NCBI GenBank assembly: GCA_041494705.1
Contig: JBGQBI010000003.1
Coordinates: forward strand, 180,001-212,000
DNA length: 32,000 nt
Origin: Candidatus Methanoperedens sp.
GTDB taxonomy: Archaea; Halobacteriota; Methanosarcinia; Methanosarcinales; Methanoperedenaceae
Direction: 5' to 3'
Shown here: piece by piece, positions 25,913 through 32,000 of the stretch
Layout of the letters: the number at the start of each line of letters is the position of its first letter
Numbering within the stretch: position 1 is the first letter of the stretch
Translations under genes and position numbers: made by a program
The notes under the pieces: generated by a model
The model's database searches: none
Told to the model about the DNA's origin: nothing
The model's input: only the letters and a program-made list of their open reading frames with translations

Positions 25913-26386
25913 ATGAACAATATGGTATTTGATGAAGAGAATTTTAAAAAAGGAGTGGCCTTCGAAAGAAAAATTATCGGACTTTTCAATCTTCAAACTT
26001 TTGCTATCCATGATTGGACCAGAGATATATGGCGTAAACACGGAGACATTAAAGTCGAATCAGACTCAAACCCGGATTTGGTGATACGCCATAAACCATC
26101 AAATGAAAAATTCGCTATAGAATGTAAATTTCGCTCAGAAATTTACCAAAATGCAATCAGATTTGATTACCGAAATAAAATAGATAATTATATAAAATAT
26201 TCTCAAGATTCTAATATCCCTGTGTTCGTAGTTATTGGAATAGGAAAAGATATTTTGAACATTGATAGAATGTTCTGCATACCATTAGAAGAGGCAACAT
26301 TAACAAATATCAAAGCAGATGTTTATGAAAGATTTGAAAGAAAACCTGATTTAAATTTTAGGTGGATGTATGACCAATTAACCTAG
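25913..26386 (+). CDS. PD-(D/E)xK nuclease-fold protein (restriction-endonuclease/Mrr-like catalytic core)
   Basis: 157 aa with FERKI ... NPDLVIRHKPSNEKFAIECKFRS, which gives the E ... PD ... E-x-K arrangement. The TATA-like gtattatatt lies ~20 nt before the ATG, which fits a leaderless mRNA. Confidence 0.6.
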   Translation: MNNMVFDEENFKKGVAFERKIIGLFNLQTFAIHDWTRDIWRKHGDIKVESDSNPDLVIRHKPSNEKFAIECKFRSEIYQNAIRFDYRNKIDNYIKYSQDSNIPVFVVIGIGKDILNIDRMFCIPLEEATLTNIKADVYERFERKPDLNFRWMYDQLT

Positions 26387-26483
26387 TGTTTGAACCGAAA
26401 AGAAAAAAATGTAGCCGATCCAAGTCAAGAAGATCTGAACAGTGGACCATAAAGCCAAGAGAAAATTATTTCTTACGAAATAA

Positions 26484-26726
26484 TTAACCTTTTTTAATGA
26501 GGATATCGCCATTATCCGCTTCATAAAATACAATGATATCGCCTTCATCAGCTTCGAGCTTTTTAGAGATATCAGATATCAAAGCTATTTTTTTGCCTTT
26601 TGTAACCTTAGCAGTCCCTATAATCCTCATAAGTCTTATAAACACCCAAAGATTTATAAACATTATGGTACTTATAGATACTATAGAGATTAAAAACACT
26701 ATAATCTCTAAAGGAGAAATAAACAT
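26484..26726 (-). CDS. AbrB/SpoVT-like domain protein (start uncertain; possibly 26630)
   Basis: The C-terminal 45 aa, KVTKGKKIALISDISKKLEADEGDIIVFYEADNGDILIKK, fit the AbrB/MazE looped-hinge pattern. The longest ORF adds a hydrophobic N-terminus and overlaps the divergent gene start by 2 nt, so an internal Met (M22 or M33) may be the real start. Confidence 0.5.
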   Translation of the reverse strand: MFISPLEIIVFLISIVSISTIMFINLWVFIRLMRIIGTAKVTKGKKIALISDISKKLEADEGDIIVFYEADNGDILIKKG

Positions 26727-26949
26727 GGAATATATAGAAAACCCAGAAATGGTAAAAATGGAAATCGAGATCTCTAAAGAACAAGCAGAATTCGCAGAAT
26801 TCTATGCTAAAATATGCAATATGGAAACTGGACGCATGCTAGGAATAATCCTGGCAACCCAGTTAAACACATATAAGAAAAAAGTCTTTGAACTGCCATT
26901 GATCACGATAGAAAGAAGCAAGAAAACTAAGAAAAACTGGCAGATTTAA
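26725..26949 (+). CDS. Hypothetical 74-aa protein
   Basis: Starts at an internal ATG of the 138-aa ORF, preceded by AAGGAG at 26711-26716. MEYIENPEMVKMEIEISKEQAEFAEFYAKICN... is predicted helical. T-rich runs follow the stop. Confidence 0.45.
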   Translation: MEYIENPEMVKMEIEISKEQAEFAEFYAKICNMETGRMLGIILATQLNTYKKKVFELPLITIERSKKTKKNWQI

Positions 26950-27207
26950 TCTGCCTTCCTTTTTTTCATTTTTTCGCTTAACTGCTTTCAGTATTCAGCA
27001 TTCTTTTTTTCATACAGCCTTCTAAACTGGATCATTACCACTAGGCCCCCGAAACCCAGATAACAAAAATGAGGACAATGATAAAAACACCAAGGAACTC
27101 ACCAACTTTATCTTCTATTTTCATCTCTAGGACTCATGACATGCCGAAAAAAAACAACCACATGATCTTAGATCACAGAACAAAATAAAAATCTGAAACT
27201 CAATACA

Positions 27208-27231
27208 CCAGAACCTTTTTTTAGGTTCTGG
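27208..27231. terminator. Bidirectional terminator-like hairpin between convergent units
   Basis: ccagaacc-ttttttta-ggttctgg is a perfect 8-bp stem. It has a T7 run on the + strand and T5/T4 runs 12-25 nt downstream on the - strand. Confidence 0.5.
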
Positions 27232-27271
27232 CTTAAATATTTCAATTGCTACATAAGGCTTTGTATCCATT

Positions 27272-27466
27272 TCACTTTTTAAAAATAAACTGTTTTAATC
27301 CTAGGAATACAAGTCCGAAGCCTATCATACTGAACCCGGAAGCTAACATCAGGCCTCCGATCAACCCGCTGTCCATACCTGCAATGATAACCATTACGCC
27401 ACCAACAATCAATACGAAAACACCGGCATTATATAATTTCTCAGATCGGTCCGTGTTATCTTTCAT
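27272..27466 (-). CDS. 64-aa protein with two Gly-rich TM helices (possible virion/membrane structural protein)
   Basis: MKDNTDRSEKLYNAGVFVLIVGGVMVIIAGMDSGLIGGLMLASGFSMIGFGLVFLGLKQFIFKK. Start chosen at the ATG that overlaps the upstream stop (ATGA); the ORF is open to 27529. Confidence 0.55.
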   Translation of the reverse strand: MKDNTDRSEKLYNAGVFVLIVGGVMVIIAGMDSGLIGGLMLASGFSMIGFGLVFLGLKQFIFKK

Positions 27467-27855
27467 ACCGAACCCTCCGTCGGAATCTTTGCTACAAGCC
27501 AATCTACTGTGAACAATGAAAAGACCCATCCAATTGGACGTAGGAAAAACAAATTGATAAAAGTATACGCATCAGGACTAATTGGATTAAACATGCTATA
27601 TACCACTCCCTTTACAATTAACCAGGGAGAAAGATCACTGGTAACTTCTAACCCTAAGTCAAAAAAACTCCCAAAAGGTAAGATTGAAACAATATGGCCA
27701 ATATAAGGCAATTTGTCAATCAAACCAACCACATTAAACAGAGGTTGGCCGCTACCGAGAGACCAGAAATATGATAAAGCATACATTGTGCTAAATACAA
27801 ATACAGCCGAAACAAACGAAGACTGGAACGGTTTAATTACTGTAATTTCAGACAT
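27463..27855 (-). CDS. 130-aa polytopic membrane protein, unknown function
   Basis: About 3-4 hydrophobic segments. The ATG at 27855 lies 1 nt after the stop of the upstream 28-aa ORF (TAATATG). Confidence 0.55.
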   Translation of the reverse strand: MSEITVIKPFQSSFVSAVFVFSTMYALSYFWSLGSGQPLFNVVGLIDKLPYIGHIVSILPFGSFFDLGLEVTSDLSPWLIVKGVVYSMFNPISPDAYTFINLFFLRPIGWVFSLFTVDWLVAKIPTEGSV

Positions 27856-27856
27856 A

Positions 27857-27943
27857 TTAGTCAACACTTCCTTTATACTTTTTAAATTCTTTATTCAGTT
27901 CTTGTTGGACAAGACTATTCACATCATTTTCTTTTGTTTCCAT
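27857..27943 (-). CDS. 28-aa hydrophilic peptide, first cistron of the small-protein operon (hand-translated)
   Basis: METKENDVNSLVQQELNKEFKKYKGSVD. The only support is tight coupling to the next cistron. Confidence 0.25.
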   Translation of the reverse strand: METKENDVNSLVQQELNKEFKKYKGSVD

Positions 27944-28189
27944 TTTATCATATCCTTTATATTTTTATCATATATTCAGTCTTTTTTTTAAAAACTGGAT
28001 AATATTATAAACTCTAAAATTGTCTAGTTCATAATAGCTTTGATTTGAGTATGTGTAACTATGAGTATAGTAACAAACAACAGCAAACAAAAAATTACCA
28101 AAACTAATTTGTTCTTGAAAAGATTTACAAAAGAAATTCAACCACCTCCTAAAAGTATTTTTAAAACTTGATAGTGCTCAACCACAATA

Positions 28190-30400
28190 TCACTCCGAAC
28201 CCAATGAAACTTCCTTCCCATATTTCCATTTTACACCCATCAGTACCACAATAATGACTACTACAAAAGGGGTATAAGGGGCCCATAACCCGACTATAGC
28301 CTCGAGGATTGCAAGAATAATACCTGTAAGCTCAATTGTTTTCCCTCCTTTTCCCGAAACCGAATATATACATAATATCCATAGTATAACACCCCAGAAC
28401 GCAGGCATAACCATGAAGCCTAATAGATTATTACTCATTGTGGAAGCTGCCTGGCTATTCGGAGTGGAAGTAGGAGTTGGCGTACCTGTTGGAGTTACCG
28501 CTCCTGAAACTGTTACTTGCTGTCCCATCTGGATATTATTAGATAAATCAAAAAGAAGGATCCCATAAACCCCGGCTTCATTAAAAGTCATAGTAAGCGT
28601 TTTTGTGCCTACTGATAAATTAAATCTTTCAGAATACCCGCCACTTGCTAAACCGTTTGCCTGAACAATAATATATGCCCCTATATTCGGAGTTGTTGCA
28701 GTTACTAAAACAGTACCGCCGACAATAACATTCAAAGGAGAAACATAAAGCCCATATCCAGCCTGATTTATTGAACTCAAACTAAAATTATCAGTAGCAA
28801 GAATAGATGAAGTTCCATTAGGATATTGAACCATAAGCCGGATAGAATTATTCCCGGGCTGCCAATAACCGGATACTCCGACATCAGGTTTATTATTGAT
28901 AACAAGTCCGAAAAGCCCAGCGTCTGTTACCCCGACGGTTGTCATGCCATTACCGAAATATTTTAGTGTCTCGGCTCCGATATCGATATTATAAACATCA
29001 ACATAAAAAACTCCCTGCCGTGAAAACACAGAGCCCTTAATCGAATAGTTGCCATCTATGAGGTCAGTTAGATAATACTGCCCTCCTGAACCGCCAGTCC
29101 CATTTTTTGCAATTAATTTAATACTGCTCGTTGAAAAATTATTCGTAGGTGTTCCGCCAATGTCAAAAGAAGTTTTTATCGTTCTGACTGCAAAAATCTG
29201 GCCATTTACAGAACCGTCTTTCAGATAGACATTATAGACCCCAACACGAGAAAATGAAATGTTTATACTCCCGTCAGTATCCATTATAGCTTCACGATTT
29301 TCTCTCACTTCAACACCATTATCTATAAAATACCATTCAAGAGAACCTATGATATTCGCTTTTCCGATATGATACGTAGCAGTTACATTTTGTTTGATTA
29401 GAGCAATTGAAGGAATGTTCATGTATGATGTGCTTTCAGCCCTTACAGTCATTGTATCCGTAGAAACTATAGAGCAGATATAAAAAGCGCATTTTTGTAA
29501 ATTTGCAGTGTAAACTCCAGCAAAATCATTGTAAGGATTATACGAACCTGTCTGAGTTCCAATATCTATTGCAAATAAAATATTTGATTCAGGAACAGGA
29601 CTTATTGTGTCATATACTGACCAGGAACATGGGAATTTAGACCACGGCCCGCATGACCAGGTATTCCAGTCAGTATCAGAAATAGACCATGATACCGGGG
29701 TATTAGATTTAACAATAGTATCATTTGAAGCCCATGATATTGATGTTGAAATTGAAGGGGAAACAGAAGATGCAATTATATTATCAAAATAAACACTCTG
29801 TGCAGCCCCACCAACGCCTATCTGTATTCTATCAGATGTTGAAATATCATAAGCGATAACAACATTCTGAGTATTAATAATCGTACCATTGTTGGGATAC
29901 GAAACAGTTATATTTATTGTACTCCCTGTTTTTAAAACCTTAAATCTAATCCATGTATTTACCCATGGCATTATAGCCCACGGCACATAACTGGTTGCTT
30001 CTCCCATCAATGCAACATTATAATAACTCCCCGTATCAGTATGTAAACCGATAGCCAGACCTTTTGAAACAGAAGTTCCAAAAGTTGTAGTAGCGTTTGA
30101 ACCTATCGTTACATACGCATCTGAAGTTACCCCACTAAAAGTTTTAAAATTCACATCAAATTGTAAATAATTATTTGGAGAACTCAGAACCCATAACCGA
30201 CTATCTACACCCCCACTTTGAACATAGGCGGCCTGTGTCAAATCCCAGCTGGAATTTGACGGTACACTCCATGCAGATGGATTAATTACAGTACAGCAAT
30301 TAACCGTACCATCATTAAAATTCAAAGTTAAAGCGCTTGCAGAGCTTGAAAAAGCTATCAAAACAATGAGCGCAAATAAAAGTAATTTAATTTGTTTCAT
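28190..30400 (-). CDS. Secreted, membrane-anchored surface (spike/adhesin-like) glycoprotein
   Basis: Signal peptide MKQIKLLLFALIVLIAFSSSASA from ATG 30400; the ORF is open to 30442. I hand-count about 14 N-x-S/T sequons. Composition is beta-rich and S/T/N/G/V-rich. The Thr/Pro linker PTGTPTPTSTP is followed by three C-terminal hydrophobic helices. Confidence 0.8.
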   Translation of the reverse strand: MKQIKLLLFALIVLIAFSSSASALTLNFNDGTVNCCTVINPSAWSVPSNSSWDLTQAAYVQSGGVDSRLWVLSSPNNYLQFDVNFKTFSGVTSDAYVTIGSNATTTFGTSVSKGLAIGLHTDTGSYYNVALMGEATSYVPWAIMPWVNTWIRFKVLKTGSTINITVSYPNNGTIINTQNVVIAYDISTSDRIQIGVGGAAQSVYFDNIIASSVSPSISTSISWASNDTIVKSNTPVSWSISDTDWNTWSCGPWSKFPCSWSVYDTISPVPESNILFAIDIGTQTGSYNPYNDFAGVYTANLQKCAFYICSIVSTDTMTVRAESTSYMNIPSIALIKQNVTATYHIGKANIIGSLEWYFIDNGVEVRENREAIMDTDGSINISFSRVGVYNVYLKDGSVNGQIFAVRTIKTSFDIGGTPTNNFSTSSIKLIAKNGTGGSGGQYYLTDLIDGNYSIKGSVFSRQGVFYVDVYNIDIGAETLKYFGNGMTTVGVTDAGLFGLVINNKPDVGVSGYWQPGNNSIRLMVQYPNGTSSILATDNFSLSSINQAGYGLYVSPLNVIVGGTVLVTATTPNIGAYIIVQANGLASGGYSERFNLSVGTKTLTMTFNEAGVYGILLFDLSNNIQMGQQVTVSGAVTPTGTPTPTSTPNSQAASTMSNNLLGFMVMPAFWGVILWILCIYSVSGKGGKTIELTGIILAILEAIVGLWAPYTPFVVVIIVVLMGVKWKYGKEVSLGSE

Positions 30401-30517
30401 CAATACATCATCCCCGAAATCCCCATTGCAATAATGATGCAACTTGTCAGTTCAAGAAAAAGATTTCTTACCTTTAAAAATTTCCAAGTTTCCATCAAGG
30501 AAGTAAAAAATCTTCAC

Positions 30518-30587
30518 ATATAAAAACCCATAATTTTTGTGGATAATTTATCCCATCAAATGATGGGAAAAAGCTATTACTTTTCAA
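30518..30587 (-). promoter_or_regulatory. Promoter/operator module upstream of the spike-like gene (repeat copy 1)
   Basis: Contains the TATA atataaaaacc (30518-30528), tggataa (30540-30546) and the perfect palindrome tcccatca-aa-tgatggga (30551-30568). About 37/48 identity to 31534-31581. Confidence 0.5.
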
Positions 30588-31515
30588 CTGAAAAAGGGTT
30601 TTTCAAGGCATGAACAGCCCTCTTTTTCTTCCTTGGAACAGCCACATAACGCATCGTACTTGAAATGCTTTCATGCCTCATCAGTTCCTGGATCATTTTG
30701 ATATCCACGTCCTGATCAAAAAGATATGTAGCAAATCCGGCACGTAAACGATGAGTGCCCTTATTGAAATATTTTTTAACAACCCTCAGATATCCAAGGT
30801 AGCCCAGAGCCTTACCTTTACAAGCCCCCCTATGTGAATACCACAGCCTTTTACCATTTGGATAACGAGAAAAATACCACTCTTTAAGCATTTTTGTAGT
30901 TTCAGGATCCATGAAAACATAACCGTCTTTTGCCCCCTTGCCTGAAGGAATGTAAATTTCCCCGGTATCCCAATCTATATCCTCCTGGGGATTACAGGCA
31001 AGAGATTCAGAAGCACGCCAACCGGTAACGTACGCCGTACGGATTATAAAATAATTCCTTAATTCTATTTCATAATCGTTCCCCTTACGAAGCTCTTTGA
31101 ACATCTCGTCAAGGGTTTTCATCACAGTATCACAGGAAATGAAATCTATTTCCTGCTTAGGAACCCGAGGAGATTCAAGCTTCCGGGTTGGATCCAAAGT
31201 CAATGAATCATCTTTGCACAAAAACCCGAAAAATACCTTCAGATATGAAACGTAAATACTCATTGTACTGGGTTTTAAGCCCTTCAGGGCAAGAAAATTA
31301 ACATAATCCTCTATTATCTCACAGGTAACAACTCTCATGTCATGGAAAGCATCCTGATGATTTTTAGAAAGCCATTCAGCGAACATAAGGCAAAACCACT
31401 TTCTTGAACGAATACTCTTTTTTGAGAATACCCTTCTTAGCATTGAAGCCTCATATTTTTGAATAGCCTTTTCAAATGTTAAACGCATATTTTTACTCCG
31501 AAATCCAAACAGCAT
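30577..31515 (-). CDS. int: Tyrosine recombinase/integrase (XerC/D-like); start possibly at 31488
   Basis: Catalytic pattern: TGWRASE (Arg I), HRLRAGFATYL (H-x-x-R), LMRHESISSTMRYV (His ... Tyr), plus an N-terminal SAM-like core-binding region. A TATA-like ctttatat overlaps the first ATG, which favours Met10. Confidence 0.88.
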   Translation of the reverse strand: MLFGFRSKNMRLTFEKAIQKYEASMLRRVFSKKSIRSRKWFCLMFAEWLSKNHQDAFHDMRVVTCEIIEDYVNFLALKGLKPSTMSIYVSYLKVFFGFLCKDDSLTLDPTRKLESPRVPKQEIDFISCDTVMKTLDEMFKELRKGNDYEIELRNYFIIRTAYVTGWRASESLACNPQEDIDWDTGEIYIPSGKGAKDGYVFMDPETTKMLKEWYFSRYPNGKRLWYSHRGACKGKALGYLGYLRVVKKYFNKGTHRLRAGFATYLFDQDVDIKMIQELMRHESISSTMRYVAVPRKKKRAVHALKNPFSVEK

Positions 31516-31581
31516 ATAAAGCCCAGTGTTTTCTGGATAGATTTTCCCATCATTTAATGGGAAAAAGCAGTTACATTTAAT
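31513..31581 (-). promoter_or_regulatory. Promoter/operator module upstream of the integrase gene (repeat copy 2)
   Basis: Contains tggatag (31534-31540), the palindrome ttcccat-N6-atgggaa (31544-31563) and the shared aaaaagc..ttac tail. The TATA-like element lies at 31513-31520. Confidence 0.5.
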
Positions 31582-31610
31582 ACCAAAAATACCGTTACAT
31601 ACAAAATATT

Positions 31611-31829
31611 ATGAAATTATCAGAAATGCTTAAAAATACTGCCTATGCGGTTATGTTTGGGTTCTTCGGGCTTATAATTGGTATCTGGATTGCCGATCTT
31701 CTATCCAACCTGATATTTAAAAATTTGGAACGGGTCACCACTATTTACATATCTTTAGTAATAATAGTATTGGTAATCGTATCGGCTTCCATACTTGGCT
31801 TTACCAAAGGCAAGAATTTACTTGAATAA
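31611..31829 (+). CDS. Hypothetical 72-aa protein with two TM helices
   Basis: AVMFGFFGLIIGIWIADLL and IYISLVIIVLVIVSASILGF. The gene is AT-rich and may still belong to the element. Confidence 0.5.
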   Translation: MKLSEMLKNTAYAVMFGFFGLIIGIWIADLLSNLIFKNLERVTTIYISLVIIVLVIVSASILGFTKGKNLLE

Positions 31830-31934
31830 TTTAACCTGAAAAATCAGGGAATTCCTGCATACCTTTGATGAAAAGCCCCCGAAAATTTTGAATAAGCTTT
31901 AATATACACATCGCCATTACGGGATTTGATTTAG

Positions 31935-32000
31935 ATGAACATCATTTTACTCGGTCCCCCTGGCGCGGGAAAAGGCACGCAGGCCAAGAAAATATCAGAG
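31935..32000 (+). CDS. adk: Adenylate kinase, 5' end (truncated by window edge)
   Basis: MNIILLGPPGAGKGTQAKKISE is the canonical Adk P-loop N-terminus. Confidence 0.9.
   Translation, partial: MNIILLGPPGAGKGTQAKKISE

Larger units (their letters stand above)
24185..31610. mobile_element. Putative integrated virus-like/mobile element next to tRNA-Arg (boundaries approximate)
   Basis: Composition shifts abruptly to AT-rich right after the tRNA. A tyrosine recombinase sits at the distal end. Other content: a secreted spike-like protein, coupled small membrane-protein genes, an orphan nuclease and an element-specific repeated promoter module. The only candidate direct repeat I found is the 10-mer atttaatacc (24213-24222 and 31575-31584), which is weak. 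Confidence 0.55.

Noticed and set aside
27041-27270. Hand-found minus-strand ORFs of 47 aa (27127-27270) and 27 aa (27041-27124), also tightly spaced after the 64-aa gene.
   Set aside because: The 47-aa ORF contains the perfect terminator-like hairpin and the T-runs (27181-27231). The region is more simply a convergent terminator zone.
27246-27991. Plus-strand ORFs 27246-27512, 27509-27706 and 27713-27991.
   Set aside because: They are shadows of the coupled minus-strand membrane-protein operon.
27968-28141. 57-codon minus-strand ORF with a TTG start right after AGGAGGTGG.
   Set aside because: The Shine-Dalgarno to start spacing is only ~3 nt. The sequence is Tyr/Asn/Phe-rich as expected from AT-rich non-coding DNA. 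It also overlaps the likely promoter of the small-protein operon.
24185-31934. Search for a duplicated tRNA-Arg 3' segment as attL/attR.
   Set aside because: By eye I found no copy of the tRNA 3' half at the distal end. I found only the 10-mer atttaatacc (24213/31575) and an inverted 9-mer acgggattt (24198-24208 versus ~31918-31926). Both could be chance in AT-rich DNA, so the element borders remain approximate.
1-32000. CRISPR arrays, rRNA genes and IS/transposase genes.
   Set aside because: I found no regularly spaced direct repeats, no rRNA-like segments and no transposase-like ORFs on reading both strands.

Overview
Archaeal (euryarchaeal) chromosome segment. The gene content resembles Methanosarcinales/ANME-type organisms, but that lineage call is inference, since no lineage marker lies in the window.

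Positions 1-24.1 kb are mostly housekeeping. In order they hold:
- a LeuB/AksF-type dehydrogenase, a multi-PAS sensor histidine kinase and a PiT phosphate transporter;
- a PRC-barrel protein plus Thg1, GluRS, and an 816-aa Ski2-like helicase with an N-terminal 4-Cys finger (ASH-Ski2/Eta-like);
- a small AT-rich islet with a polytopic membrane protein, a GC-rich C-tract block and vapBC;
- an ornithine decarboxylase / homospermidine synthase pair, TyrRS, a Dabb protein and Tsr3;
- tRNA-Leu(GAG), the rps13-rps4-rps11-rpoD cluster, HisA, a TPR protein and Ogt.

tRNA-Arg(GCG) at 24113-24184 is followed by a ~7.4 kb segment (about 24.2-31.6 kb) that is visibly AT-rich (judged by eye, not computed) and ends with a tyrosine recombinase gene. 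I interpret it as an integrated virus-like or mobile element. It encodes:
- a 736-aa secreted, sequon-rich surface protein with a Thr/Pro stalk and C-terminal TM helices;
- a translationally coupled operon of small membrane proteins;
- an orphan PD-(D/E)xK nuclease and an AbrB-like protein;
- two clearly paralogous candidate small-RNA genes plus a larger GC-rich structured block;
- a promoter/operator module repeated in front of its minus-strand transcription units.

No replication or packaging gene is recognisable in the element. Outside it:
- a 77-nt three-hairpin repeat occurs twice (upstream of the dehydrogenase gene and of tRNA-Leu);
- several intergenic regions carry REP-like palindromic modules.

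The window ends in the 5' end of adk. Sub-60-aa ORFs were translated by hand and are low confidence. No searches or folding programs were run.
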